Part shown: positions 41,458 through 57,132 of the stretch, piece after piece
Position numbering within the stretch: position 1 is the stretch's first letter
Layout of the letters: the number at the start of each line of letters is the position of its first letter
DNA from: the human T2T-CHM13v2.0 reference genome, Homo sapiens
Length of the DNA: 64,000 nt
NCBI RefSeq assembly: GCF_009914755.1
Contig: NC_060935.1
Strand: one strand, 5' to 3'
Notes under the pieces: generated by a model
Database searches by the model: none
What the model was told of the DNA's origin: nothing
What the model saw: only the letters and a program-made list of their open reading frames with translations
Program-made: the position numbers and the translations under genes

Positions 41458-42384
41458 TAAATTACGTTGGAAGTTAAGACATACACATTTAAAACAATTA
41501 TTGGACCAGACAGCATTATACAGGGATATAATAAAGTCTAAAGTGTGTATTATAGATAATTGGAGACAAGGAAAGTGGACATGTACATGTACAGTTGGGA
41601 CAAAAGTCATAAAAACAGTTGCTTGACTTGCTGATGCTCATGGGAGCTGAGGTGGATAACTCAAGGAGGATGGTACACTTAGCACACTGGATGGTAGGTC
41701 TCCAAGCCTACTACTCTTCATGCAATGATGGCTCAATAAATACTTTGAGAAATGAAAAATGAACAGGAAAATGAGTCAGTCATGAAAACTCAGATGAGCT
41801 ACACTATGTATTCTATCAAATTTTTGAATTAAATAAATACATAAGTGTAATCATCTCTTATGTAGTGGGGTTTTAAGTATTTGACTTTCTACTTTTCATC
41901 TTTTCTCCTATTTCACCTACATCAACTTGGTTCTCTCCCCAAGAGATCTGCTATTTGGTAGCTGGGTGACCACAGGCAAGTTAATTAATCTCTTTAGTTT
42001 CAGGTTCCATACCTGTAGAATATTCAAAGGTTGACTGTGACTCTGGGACATGATTTATTTGGCTAGTCCCTCAACTTCCAAGGAAAAAAAAAGTCCCAAC
42101 TTTCCACTATTGCTTTATCTCTGGCCCCCTCCTATATACTTTTAATACTAAGCTCCTGAAAATATTAGGTGTTTGCCGTTCCTGAATTAGATAACATATA
42201 ATTTTTTTAACTTTAACAAAGCATTTTTAAACAAGCAAAATGTTTGGACCTAAGACTGTGTGGCTTTGAAGAAGTCATTTAATCTGAGGATCAATTTCCA
42301 TTTTCCAAAAATGAGGCTATTGCTTTTTTACTATAGATAATTATGTAAAGCACTTGGTTCAATGAACGATCAAAAAAATTGTAC

Positions 42385-42755
42385 TTTTTTATCAACTGAA
42401 TTCAGATATAATTTACATATTATAAATGCATGCATTTTAAGGACACAGTTTGATGAGTTTTGGAAAATGTGTACACCCATATGACCACACCAATCAATGT
42501 ATGGAACATCTCTGTCACCTTGAAAGGTTCTCTTGTACCTCCTTGCAGCCAATCTACCCCTTCACCCCCGGCTCCAAGTAAGCACTGATCTGCTTTCTGT
42601 CCCTCTACATTAGATGTGTCTCTTTCTAGAGTTTTATATAAATAGACTCATGTAGCATGTGCTCTTTTGTGTCTGGCTTGTGTTGCTGAGCGTTTTTGAG
42701 ATTCATTCATGTTTGTGTGTGTGTCTGTGGTTTGTTTCTTTGTAATGAGTGGTAG
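42385..42755 (-). mobile_element. L1MB/MD 3' fragment
   Basis: GATATAATTTACATATTATAAATGCATGCATTTTAAG...GATTCATTCATGTT. Confidence 0.75.
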
Positions 42756-42969
42756 GTCTTCTTTTACTAATCTAGCAAGAAAGTTATTTCTTTCTAGGGG
42801 CCTTTAGACATTACCGTATCTTGCAGTTATAACTGAGGAAGGATGAATCATAAATAGATTTAAATGATATGATACCTAAGATATTTTTTTCTAAATAATT
42901 TAACAATAATAATAGCCAATATTTATTAAATACATGTTTTATAATGAGCATAAAACAGAAAATAAGAGG

Positions 42970-43691
42970 TGTATTAATTTTCCACTGCTGTGGCTTAAAA
43001 GAATAAGCATTTATTATATCAAAGTTTCCATGGGCCAGGAATTCAGAACTTGCTTTGGTTGATGATTCTGGCTCAAGATCTATTAGGAAGTTGCAGTGAA
43101 GATGATGGTTTGAGCCACCATCAACTGAAGGCTTACTAAAAGTTGGAGGATCAGCTTGGATGGCTCACTTATGTGACTAGCAAGTTGGTGCCAGATGTTG
43201 ACAGGAGGTTTCTCCCCAGCACCTGTGAATGTGATCTTATTTGGAAACAAAGTGTTTGCAGACGTAATCAAGTTAAGATGAGGTCATACTGGATATGGTG
43301 GGCCTTAAGTCCAGTGGTTGGTGTTCTTATAAGAAGAGAGAGACTTGGAGACAGACACACAGGGAAGAGAGCCATGTGAACATAGAGGCAGAGACTACAG
43401 TCATGCATCTACCAACCAAAGAGTGTCAAGGATTGTAGGCGGCCATCGGCTACAAGCAGCAAGGAAGAACTCTTCCCTAGAGCCATTGGAGGAAGTATGG
43501 TCTTGCCAACACTTTTATTTTGCGCTTCTAGCTTCCAGAACTGTGATAAAATAAATTTCTGTTGTTTTGAGCCATTTGGTTTGTGGTAACTTGTTATGAC
43601 AGCCCTTGGACACTGATACGGGGACTAAATAACGGCATGAATACCAGGAGGTGGGGATCACTGAGGACCACCTTGGAGGCTGGCTACCACA
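42970..43691 (-). mobile_element. MLT1F/G-type LTR containing a nested MLT1B/C LTR (+ strand, ~43215-43620)
   Basis: Host ends GGAGGCTGGCTACCACA with TSD AGAGG/GGAGG; nested ACCTGTGAATGTGATCTTATTTGGAAA...GCCCTTGGACACTGATAC. Confidence 0.8.
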
Positions 43692-43699
43692 GGAGGGGG

Positions 43700-45300
43700 G
43701 AACCTACTTTGATGGAGTAATTAGGGAATGTGATAAAGTTTAAGCTGTTAGCTGAAAATGACGAAGAGCCAACTAGGTGAAGTAGGTGAAAAAGCATTTC
43801 AGGCAGATGAAACACCTTGTAAAGACTTTATGGCCAGGAAAAGTTTGGTGTATTTGAGGCATGGAAAGGAGGCCAAACTTGGCTATTCTCTATTGGGTAA
43901 TGAAGAGATTCAAAATAGACTGGAATAATCAGCAGAGGCTGGATCCCTCCCCATTTGAGGGAGTTTGAATTTTATACAAAGGGCAGTGGGTGGTGTTTTA
44001 AGCAGGGGAGTGGCATGCTTTTGTTCGTGATTTTAGAAGATGACCCTGGCTGCCATGTGGACAATAGATTGAAGAGAAACAAGATTTAAATGAGAAGACC
44101 AACTAGGAGACTACTGCAATAGTCCAGGCAAGAGGTATTATTGCCTTAACAGAGGGAATTAAGATGAAAGGAAATAGATAAGACTATTAGAGATATATGT
44201 TGGAGCTCAAGTTATAGGGCTTAGTCATTATATGCGGCATATAGGCGTAAGAAAAGAGAAAGAATCAAGGATAATGCCCACTAAATGCAGAATATTCTTT
44301 CCCAAGTAATTGAAACTCCTACTAATTTAAATGAGCTTTACCTGTTGTGAAATCTTCATGCTTAGAACTCTTTGTCATTCCCTATTATAAAGGCTACGCT
44401 ACTTAGCTTGGCACAGGGATGGCCTCAATAAGTCTTTTGCCTGAACAGCCAGCCTCATCTCTTCACCTACGTCTATCACACTGAGCTGCTCATTCTTCTG
44501 GGAACATGGCATGATGACAAAACACATCCCCTTCCCTCTACCTGGAATATCTTTCCAGCTTACCTCCATGAAGTCTTCCACATTGGCAAGGTGTTTCATC
44601 ACTTCTCCTACTTTGTTCTCATAGCATCCTGCTGACCCCTTTTTTTCTTCTTATCTCACCATATGTTAGTGATCCATCCCACCATATGTTGTATATCTGT
44701 ATGTCCCATTAACCATGGGCCTCCTGAGAGCCAAAAACTCATCTAATTCTTATTTCATATCTCTGTCTGCTCCTAGCATAATCATAAGCACATGGTAGAG
44801 ACTCAATTAATGATTGTCAAGTGAATAACAGAGATAACAGAGGTGACTGGAAGTGTTTGACAGTTATTGGTAGATACATTATTTCTGATGAATATCAAGA
44901 TATCATGATTTCTCTCTAAGTGAGAATCAAAGAATCCCAAAGGCCCACCAGAAAAGACAGTAATGTGATTCATACACTTATGAAATCATTCATTTGACAA
45001 ATACTGAGCACCTATTATGTGTCATGGTTCCAAGTGTCAGGGACATAGCAGGAAATAGGGTGGACAGGCCTCAATTCTCATGGATATTACATTCTTTTGA
45101 GAGAAACAAATGATAATTAAATGTACAAAAAAGTGAATAAGGTAACTTCACATGGCTGTGACCACAATAAAACAGAATAACCTGATTGAGTCTGAGTGGG
45201 GGTCTCTGAAAGGTGCTTAGAGAAGAGATCTGTTAACCAGTAACATAACAACAGGAGAGAAAAGTTTCCAGGCAGGCACTCTAACTACAAGTCCCAGAGT
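43700..45300. mobile_element. Several L2 fragments
   Basis: GACCAACTAGGAGACTACTGCAATAGTCCAGGCAAGAG; ATTCATTTGACAAATACTGAGCACCTATTATGTG. Confidence 0.65.
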
Positions 45301-45301
45301 T

Positions 45302-45808
<507 letters not shown>

Positions 45809-47354
45809 TTATATTGTAAAAAAATCAAAGCAAACAAAATCATCAATACGTTTTTAAACAAGTTTAAAATTTCAGGGAAATCATACTTTACATACATATC
45901 TGTAACCTACTTGCCTTTATTAACTTCATATCTTTTATTGTCATTAAATTTGTTCTACAAAAATTTGTAATAGCTATATAGTATTTCTACACAGATGTAA
46001 CATAGTTTAGGTAATCAAACCTCTATTTTTGTCCATTTATATCATTTTCAATTTCTCATAAGTAACAGGAAGGTAAACATCTTTAACTGTAAATACTTTG
46101 TAAATACATGATTTTTTGGCATGTGTGACAAATTCTTAGGAGAAAAACTGCTGAGTCAAATATTTTCATCCACATGTCCAATTTGTCCTGAGAAGTTTTG
46201 TAACCATTTGCTATCCCACCATGAGCAAGCGGAGGTTAGATGCCTGATTAGAATTAGCTTGTTTTGTATCATATGAACAAAAGGAGAATTGTGCAACTTA
46301 TTCCCAAGAAAGGCCACCAACGTGGTTGGAACAGCCATCTGAAACCTTCAAGGACAACATTCCAGTAGCAGTTGTTTCTACAATCATCAGGACTGTAGGT
46401 GCAGCCCTTACCCATTTGAAGTAGTTAAAAATCATCCACACTATTCTCAGTGGGCAGAATGAGAGGATTTCCATCTACTGAAACACGACATGGCTGATTT
46501 CTGATTTAACTATCAATGGTCTTCAAGCATTTAACCTAGAAAAAATCTAAGAGTTCCTAAGGTTTACCAAACTGATCACCAATTTCAATAGGAAATTGAC
46601 AATTTATGAGAAAAATCACTGAGACTTCAGACTTCAAAGGAACAGCCATTGCTAAATCTACCAGCTTCTGCTTTTCAATGACTATCTCAACAAAACATTC
46701 AGGGCAGTCACTATTTCTGCCAGGAAAAAAAAAAAAGCAACACATAAATACATTGTATGACTGGGGAAAAGGTAATCTGAATGCATTGCTCCTGCAACTT
46801 TTAAAAATTAATAAGGCATTTAAATTGTCTCTTGTAATCATTGAAATTTACAACTGGAAGGGTTTTGAGATATGACCTTGACTTATGATTTCTTACCTTT
46901 GAAGAAACAGAGGCCCAATTTTGATGTAAAAATATTTTTGAGAGTCCCAACTTAATAATAAACTTTTTTAGTTTATTGTTTGAGAACATAATCATGACAA
47001 TGAATCGATGAATCCAGAAATAATTTTTAAGTTTATTTTGATATCCCCAAAACAAACCTACACACCTGTAAAATAGGAACACATATATAAGCAAAACACA
47101 TGATTTATTTAGTCAGTGGATCACTTGCAATGAACTCCAAGCACATTGCTTGCTCCTTCCCCACCTCAGGAGTTTGTCTACTACAGATTAGGAATTACTG
47201 AGCTTATAATATTAGCAGTGAGGCAACTAAAGTGCATGAAAGTCATGTGAATTATCCAAACCATAGAATTAGCAAAGGAGCTAAAACTGGAGCCAGAGCA
47301 CCTGATTTTTCCTCTAAAGCTCTTTCCTGAGCTGGGTTGGGACTACAGCTAAAC

Positions 47355-47578
47355 TAAGGGTGTCCAGTCTTTTGGCTTCCCTGGGCTACATTAGGAGAAG
47401 ATTTGCCTTGTGCCACATATAAAATACACTAACACTAACAATAGCTGATAAGCTTAAAAAATTGCAAAAAAAAAAAAATCTCATAATGTTTCAAGAAAGT
47501 TTACAAATTTCTGTTGGGCCACATTCAAAGCTGTCCTGGGCTGCACGTGGCCTGCTGGCTATGGGTTGGACAAGCTTG
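47355..47578. mobile_element. MER30 (hAT-Charlie)
   Basis: GGGTGTCCAGTCTTTTGGCTTCCCTGGGC...GGGTTGGACAAGCTTG; TSD AGCTAAAC/AGCTAAAT. Confidence 0.9.
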
Positions 47579-48701
47579 AGCTAAATCATTTACCACTGTG
47601 ATCTTGAAAGTCACCTCACCTTGCTAAGCCTCAATACCCTAATCCATGCAGTGAATAATTATATAATTCATGTAGGTGCTTCCTCTGAAAGCCCAGTTTC
47701 TGACCTAGAGCAGGTGCTCTGTACACATTAGCTATTTTCATTATTGTTATCTTGATTATTTTCATTTCCACAACATCTTTGCTTTAGACTTTATCACAAA
47801 CAAATGAAAGTGCACCAAACCTTTACAATTTATCTGCCAGGGCTCTCTGCTTACCAATTCTTCAATTACCTAATGCAACCCCATGTCATTCAGGGCTTCA
47901 GAAATGCCTTCCCATTTTGATTGGAGGAGAAGTGGTTCCCGCTCTGTAACTTATCAACTAACCTTGCCTCTTGGGTATTTACATAAAGAATGGGAATTTA
48001 TTTGAAAAGAAACTGTGGGAATAAATTGCCCTTAACTATTCTCCCACAACTATGTGCTATGAATTTGCATCATTCATTTCTATCTCTCTGCAGGCTGATA
48101 CACAGTTTGTTTATAAAAAGTGAGATCTTGTGTGTCTTGACTAGTAAGATCATGAACTCTGCTGAAGAAATGCTATTATTTCTGCTATTAAATTGGTTTA
48201 TTTAATGGATTTTTATTTACATGCATTGTTAAGCTAAAACAAACAAAGAAAACAAGAAAGCAACATCCTGATTTCCCAACATGATAATTAGAGCATAGAG
48301 AAATTCAAAGATCCTCCTTTCCTCTCTCTTGTCTTTTTTGCTGTGTGGTTATTAGGCCTATAGCATAGTCAAGATGTTACTCTAAAGCAGACTTCATCAG
48401 GAAATAAGGAATTTGCTATATTTTGCAAAGGACTATCATAAGTATTTCAAATTGTTTTTCTATAGTGCACAAATGACAGCACATTTGATGCTTTTCTTGC
48501 CAGACCATACGTACATATCACAAATTATCACATACATCGGATATATGCTTGTCCGAGACAAAAATAGGAATGGGAAAGAGAAGTTTTTACTATTCCTTTG
48601 ATGTAAATCCTAAACCAGACTGACATTAGTTATATTGGCTAAAAGCTTCCTGAATCTGCTGCAATAAAAAAATTGTTTGCTAACATAGGACTTGATGATC
48701 A

Positions 48702-49087
<386 letters not shown>

Positions 49088-52000
49088 TCAAGTGAGGAAG
49101 AAAAAGAAAAGAGAATGTGAGTTGGGGGATAAAATGTCCTTGCTGCACATTTATAAGACAAAGTCAGAGTCTTGGCTCAAACACTGATAACTTGATTTTG
49201 GACAAATCACCTAACCTCTTTAAGCAGTTTTCCTCATTTTATAAAGTGGAAATAATAATAATCTTAGCCAGTTTATCTATCAGGGTTGTGATGAGAATCA
49301 AACCAGTTGATGATTATAAAAAGATTTTGTAAATTGTTAAATGTTTACAAAATACATGAGTAAAGTTATAGCTTTTTCAGTCTCTCTTGATTTGTTTTCA
49401 CATACCATGGAAGAAATTAGGTAAGACATAAAAGTAGACTCAGCTTTAGTTCTTTATTTTCACACTTAGTGAAGTGCCTATCATCTGAGAGAGCAAACAA
49501 TGCTTTTATTCTTGCATCATAAAAAAAACAAAAGTGAGATCTCTCCTTGAACATTGTGATCTAATCCTGCTTTGTTGTATTTCACTTCCTGTAGAGTGGA
49601 CAGTCTTATCTGACTATCAAACGTTAGGGTCACAATGTTGAAATTCCATATTCACTTTTATCTCCCACCTCTCTAACAATCTGCTTGATGCAGTCAGTAT
49701 CAAGACTGCCTTATCTGCCCTCTAAAATATTTTTCTGTTAATCACCAGGTAATTCAATTGAGACAGTGATTGTGTCTTAAAAATAACTGAATGTATACAG
49801 TTTCCTTTTTGATGTACTAATTCCCTAGTGGCAAATTTTATCTTTTTGTATATATCTCTCTGTGACCTTTTAGAAATTACCAGCAGCTTTAAAAACATCA
49901 TTTTAACATATTTTGAACATAAATCATCTAAACCAACACAATAATAAAATATGTATTATTCCCTTATTTTAAACTTAAAAAAAGTTTTCCACACATATGA
50001 ATAAGATATAGTAAGGAATGGTTCTTTTTAAAAAGTTGGGGTGTTTGAAAACAGGAATATTATTTGTTCTTAATAGGCAAATCTGTATTTTTTCCTATTC
50101 ACTACTATCATCAATTATGTTTAATTTAAAGCTCTGGTTAATATCCAGGGCCACTTGTCCCTGGGGGAAAGTTATATTCTGAAGATTGTTTTAGAAAGAT
50201 TCTAGTGCCTATGTTCTCACCGCTGAGCAAAAGGGAAGATTGAAGAGTGAAGTTTTGCAGATGGGTTCCCTAAGAAAGCAAAGACACATGTGTGTTTTCT
50301 TAGTGACGCTCATATACTTTTAGTTCACCTTGTGACACCTGTGGCTGCTCTATATCAGACAGCATGTGTCTGGTGGCAGCACCCAAATGTTAAAATCCAG
50401 CATGCAAAGCCAAAATCATCAACATGTGATTTACCAGTGAATCAGCCTGAATTTGCTCCCTTCAAGAAGAATGGTGCCTGTATGTAAAAATCACAAAGCA
50501 TGCACCGTTGGTGGCACTTGGTGGCTTATTCATTATTCTGTTTGGTAGATTGGAGAGGCAGAAGAATAAAAAGAGTTATTGTTCTCATTTCCATGTGATT
50601 TGACTCAGGCATGTTTAAAGAGTAGCTCTTGTACCAGGGAAATGAAGATTTGATCCTGCACTGCTCTTAAGGTAAATATTTTTACTTAATTTGATCTAAA
50701 TGAACATTGGACTCTACCCTTATTTTTTTCTCCTGGTATTTTCTCTTCTCATTAAAATCTCTGACGCTGCTTTGTCACAGTTTCCACTGACAACAGGGTC
50801 TCATGCTCATTATATGCTGGCTCTGAGTTTTGGGACAAAGGTCACTTAAAGAAGAGAAAATCATGTTAAAGAAACCTTGGAGAGAAAATTTGAATATGGC
50901 AACAACTATAAATCTGTTGTAAATATAATGAGTTTTGACTACTTTTTCTCTAGAGAAAAACTCAAGCCATCAAAGAAAATTTCTTAAGCAGTAAACTTTC
51001 ATTCTACAAAATATTGTCTTTTAACTTCTTACTGATGTACCTTCTTTTGGAAATGTAAGCGCTTAATGACATATTGACTCTTGCTGAAGCCACAAGCCAA
51101 TTACTCATCCTTCCAAATAGATTTTTTTTCATGGAGTGATGGAGATGGGAATATGTAGAAGAAGATAGAAATAAAATTAAAAATTCATTGGGAAAACAGA
51201 ATAAGAACCATTTAAACATGAACTCAATTGTAAGTGACAAGGTATAAAAAACGAGGTGTTTTATAGAATCAAATATAAAAACTTGACTAGAATAATAGGA
51301 AAGATGTGTTAGTAAAACCATGGCAATATGATAACACCATTGTTATTTATTGAACACTTTCTATGTGTTAGGCATGTGCTAAATATAGTAGCTAAATATA
51401 GTATTTATCTCATTATGGGTGTACCCAGAGATAAGCCCATTTGGGATGTATAATATCTCAACTTCTGGGTCCATTTCATTTAATATCCTTGCTCTAGTAT
51501 GTGAAGTATGTATGTTATTTGCATTGACAAAGACTGACCTGAATGCTGCATAGCTCACAAAGTGCTGAGGGATGGAAGGGGAGCTACCATCACATCTGTA
51601 CTCTTCTAAATTTGGATCACATGAAGTTCTCCTTCCAGAAAGCTCTGGTTTAGTATCCCAGGCAATTCCATAAATCCATAACATAATTTGGTTCATGATT
51701 TCTTTTTGTACAGCTATGCCTTTGTTTATTTTTTATGCATTAAATGTGAATTACTTAAACATTACTATGTGTGTTTTGTATGAGTGCAATCTTATGAATA
51801 TAGTGTACAACGGCTATGAAAGAATTTAACTAGAAAAAATGGCAAAATTTTAAAACAATTGATGAAAGTAATAACTTGTTAGTTGTATAATGCTAATCAA
51901 TATTAACTATTGAAGAAATTATGTCCATTATTATGGGTTTTGGTGTTCTTTTGGGATAAGTCAATGTTAGCATTCAGAATACATAAAATTTAATTTTTTG

Positions 52001-52684
52001 AAATTTTTAGGGATTCCACTTATTTCTCATAATGAATTCCTTAAGGTATTTTCAGGCACAAACTCTAAGTATAATTATTCTCATTTTACTATATAAGAAA
52101 CTAATATCAACAAGTTTAATGATCTGCCCAAGGACATACATATGATGAAGTTGGAGTATAAACTGTCTGACTGTTATAGCTTGTTATCAATGTTGAAACT
52201 AATGTTATCAAACCCTGTTACTATAGGACAATGCTTGCCTAACAAAGAACTAGCTCACCAAATGAGAATTTATATGCTTCTTCTAATAGCTATGCCATTG
52301 TTTAGAATATTTTTTGAAGTTATCTTTAAGTCATGTCCTTGGAGACTATTTATGGAGCTCACAAAATAATGTTTCAGTACTTTGCAGTCATCTTTGAACA
52401 CAACTTGACCATCTATCTTATTGATAAGAGCTTTTCCTGACTGCAACTTGAAAAACTTCTAAAAAGACCAAGATGTTGGCACCATTGCTACTTTTTTAAA
52501 AAAGTGAGATACAGTCCCTAGGTGCTGAAAGTGGAGTCTCTAAACTGGCTTGGAAAATGATAATATTATTGCTTCCCAACTAATTTTGTACATCTGTTAA
52601 AATATAGTTTTGACAATCATAGACTCAAAGATCTTAGCATTTAGAGGATTTTGAGAGACTCTGAGATTCAGAAAAGATAACATA

Positions 52685-52977
<293 letters not shown>

Positions 52978-53019
52978 TTAGGAGATTTTTGTTTTGCCAA
53001 AAAAAAAAAAAAAAGTTTC

Positions 53020-56000
53020 TGAAGGGTAAATTCAATAGGGGACAGTGGAATAATATATTCAAAGTACTAAAGGAAAATAGCTATGAACCTAGAACTCTAT
53101 GCCCAGTTTAATTATCATTTAAGTAGAATTTAAGACCCTTCTTTTTGGCAAGATCAAAGTGGCAGGTAGAGGGTCAGAAGTTGAGGACAGCAACATTCTA
53201 GTAGAAAATGCTTGTTGAAGGAAAAGATTTCTAAGAGAGCTTTCCTGAGACCATGGCAGTCACAAATACCTTGTCATTTGCAATGAGTTCTTTAGAAACA
53301 CTTTTACAACACAGTACTCACAGATTTCTACTTACAAAATCAAGCAACAAGAATCCCATAAAAAGATGAGCTCACAATAAAATTTTTTTAATGAAATGAA
53401 AGTATCATAGAGCCAGTAAATGCAGCAAACAAAAGAAGTAGCACTTCTGAAAAATGAACAGATAAATTCACAAAAACTCCAATATAATTACATTTTCATT
53501 GAAATTAAAAACTCTTAGAATATTTGCAAAAGGGTACATACAAACACAACAGTTTACTTCTGAGAAGGGAAACCAAGGCAAAGGGGACAGGAGTAGGGCG
53601 GAAACTTACATTATGCACACACTGTCTTTTAATAAAATGTTCGGATTTTTACAGCTTACACTTTTAAAAATACACTTAAAAAAGCAGTCTGGTACTATGA
53701 TATTATCATTGGATAAAATAGACTTTCAGGAAGAAAATGAAGATGATCTTTTTTGATCATTAAATTCTTTTTAACAATAGAGATAGAACCATCTTGTTTC
53801 TGAGTGCTCTAAAAATACAGTTTCAACATACATAAAGAAAGAACTAGACAAATACAGTATCATAATAAAGATGTTTGAATTATAACCTCTAGAAATTGGT
53901 AAGTGGAGTGAACAAAAATCAATTAGGCATATAGAAAATGCAAACAACACAACCAACAACTTTGATCTGATTGACATATGTAATCCTGTACTCAACGGAG
54001 AATATGTTTTCTTCTTGAGACCACTCATATATACAAAAATTGAGTAGTATCCTTGGCAAAGGAATCTCAACAGATACTGAAGAATCATTATCCTGTAGTC
54101 CACACTGTATGATGCAAAAACATCAACAATCAACTATAAAAAGAAGGAAGAATCCCAAATAGTTGGAAACGCAAAGTCCTTCTTGTAAATAATTCATGGG
54201 TTAACATAGAAATCTTAAGGGAATTTGTGACATGCTTGGAACTGAATGACAGTGAAATCACTACATATCTAAACTGTCAGAATGCAACTAGAAAAGGACT
54301 TAAAGGGAATATTGTAGTCTTAAATGCACACATTTTAAAACAGGAAATATTGAAAATGAGTAAAGCAATCAGCTCAAGGAGGTAGATGAAAACAGTATTG
54401 CACACTTGAAGTAAATGGAAAGAAACAGTAAGTGCAGAAAATAATAACATAGAAAACAAAAAAAGAAGAGAAGAAATGAAAGTTAAAAGCTGAGTCTTTG
54501 TAAAGACTAATGCAATATATAAACTGACAAGATTGATCATGGGGAAAAGAAACAGTACATAGACAAACAATATTAGGAATGAAAAAAGAGGATAACTTTA
54601 GATGCATTGAAGATGGTAAGACCATAAGAAAATATGAGCAACTCTATTCCAGTACTATTGCAATCCTACATAAAGCAGATAATTTACTTTAAAAAAACCG
54701 TGAGTTATTACCAAAGTTAAATCAAGAAGAAACAGATTATTGTAATGTACATCTAATAAGTGAAGAACCTAAATTAACAATGAGAACTTTATTCACCAAA
54801 AGAAAGTATCAGACCCAGACAGGTGTCTTTAATATTGACACATAAGCTTTATACGAATTATTCCAGAAATTAGACTGAGAAGAAAAGCTGCCCATCCACT
54901 GTTATGAGTCTATCAAAACTAGACAAAAAAGCATTTAATGGGAAGATTATGGACCTCGCTCACCAATGAATACAGGTGCAAAAAACTTAAATAATATATT
55001 AGCAGAATAAATACAATATTGTATTTAAAATACGTGGTGACCAAGTAGTATCTATTTCAACAATATAAAAACATGGTTATCATGGAAATGTTGTCAGAAA
55101 GATGTCCAAGTTCAAGCAACAGGAAACTTGTTTAAAATGGCTTGCACAAGTAGGCATTTATTTTACTCACATAAAAAGAAATCTGGAGGTAGTCAGTGGC
55201 CGGTGTTGGTTCAGTGGCTCACCAGTATCAGGAGTGATGATTCTTTACTCTTTTACCCATGCTTATACAGGGACTGCTGGCAGCTCTGACGTTAGACAAA
55301 GGTTAGAAAAAGGAAAAAGGAGGATGGGTGAAGGGTTCCATCTGCCATGTTTTTCTCTTTTATTTTTCCTGGAGTCTTCCTGGCAGAATTCCACTTAACA
55401 GATCATCGGCCAGACTGGCCAGAATGCCACCTGTAGCTGAAAGGGAGGTTGTAAAAGCAGTGAAAATATAATTATAATTAGCTTCCACCACTGATGCCCT
55501 GAACAAAATCAACATTCTGTTAGCAAGAGAAATGGGGAAGAATAACTATTTTATAGTCAACAAGTAGTGTCTGCCTTAAAAACCTAGCAGAGAAATTCAC
55601 TATGTTAACAGATTAAAAGAGAAAATTGATATGATCATCTCATTAGATGCAAAAAAAAAGCATTTAGTAAAACAATAACTACTAACAAACTAGAAATTTC
55701 AGGAAATTTTGTCAACACAATAGAGAGTATATGTGAAAAACTTCTGGCAAACAATACTTAGTGCTGAAACTTTAGAAATATTATCTTTAAAGTGAGAAAC
55801 AAAAGGAGGATACCATTATATCTGATAAACACACTAAAATATAGTTACATATTATATATATGTACTTGTATACATATATGATATACAAATATAGACAAAT
55901 AAATTATAGCATATTCATTCATTTAGTGATATGCTATCGATCAATTAAAATGTTCAATGAATGCACTAGATCTTTACCTATCAACACTGATATATGTCAA

Positions 56001-56340
56001 ACATATATCAAAATACTGAGTAGCCAAAGGATATATACCGTATATTGCCACTGAGGTAAATTTGAAAACCTTGAAACTACTACTATATATTATTTATTAA
56101 CACCTGAATTTGTAATAAACATAGAAGTCATACCACCACTTCATCTAGAAAAAGAAGGAAGGAAAGAAGATAGATGAGGGATACAAGAAGGCGTCTACTG
56201 TTTAGAAATTCTTATCTTAAAAAAAAAGAGACTAAAGCAAATATATCAAAATGTCAGAATGTGTCCAATCTGATTATGGGTACATGATTCTGTTTTGTGT
56301 TCTTTTTTGCACACTCTAAAATGTTTTACCTATTTCATAA
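53020..56340 (+). mobile_element. Ancient L1M/L1ME: ORF1 end, decayed ORF2 and 3' region, split by an MLT1 LTR
   Basis: TGGAATAATATATTCAAAGTACT...CCTAGAACTCTATGCCCAG; TTTGATCTGATTGACATAT; TATGATCATCTCATTAGATGCAAAAA (MIISxDA motif). Confidence 0.7.
55090..55576 (-). mobile_element. MLT1 (J/K-like) LTR
   Basis: TGTCAGAAAGATGTCCAAGTTCAAGCAACAGGAAAC...CATTCTGTTAGCAAGAGAAATGGGG...GTGTCTGCC. Confidence 0.6.
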
Positions 56341-57010
56341 GGGTAAAAACCTCAAGAATATCTTTTGTCTCTGATGTCCCCAGTCTGTGACAAGTTCTAG
56401 AACCCCAAGAATTTTCCAGTGGTTTGTCTAATGTCCCACATGAGGGAGCCAGACCCTAAAGCTGCAAGTGTGCTGACCTCAATCATTCTGTAGGTTTCCT
56501 GAGCTCTTTGGTTCTCACCTCCCACCCTGGACTAGCACCTGCTGAGGTCTCTAAACCAAAAGCCTGTTGGTCCTGATCCTTGCTGCTTTTATGGAGCCCT
56601 GCAATAGTTTTCCTAGGTGGGAGGAAACAGGCATCCCTCAGTTTCACTCCTAGATGAGCAACTTTTAGCCAAAACTCATTGTTTCAGGCCCCAAGTATGA
56701 TGGCCCTGTTCTATGTAACATATAGGTCTACCCTTCTCCTTTCCTGCCATGCTGGAACAGCTTCAATAGCAATGCAATGTGCCTGAAATCAGCCATACCC
56801 TTTCATCTGCCATGACCCCAAGATCCCTGAAATGACCCTGTTCTAACTGCGGGCAAGTGAGTACTGGTTCTTCTCTACTTTTAGGTGTTCCTTGAGGCTG
56901 TGGCTTCCCACCTCTGTTATTATCACTGCTAGTTCTCATCAGGGAAGTGAGGGGTGGGTCAGGGGAACGGTAGGAGAGACTAGAGATTCTGTGGAATTAT
57001 TTGCACCTGA

Positions 57011-57132
57011 CAGGCCTGGTTACATAATTTGTGGGGCCCCATGCAAAATTAAAATGTGGGGTTTTTTGTTTACGAACCAATTGTGGAGCCCTGTGTGACT
57101 GCATGGGTCACACATCTATGAAGCTGGCTCTG
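57011..57132. mobile_element. MER45A (hAT-Tip100), internally deleted
   Basis: CAGGCCTGGTTACATAATTTGTGGGGCCCC...CTATGAAGCTGGCTCTG; TSD GCACCTGA/GCACCTAG. Confidence 0.8.

Noticed and set aside
50500-50530. Possible CTCF site GTTGGTGGCACTTGGTGGC
   Set aside because: Only the 3' half of the consensus matches.
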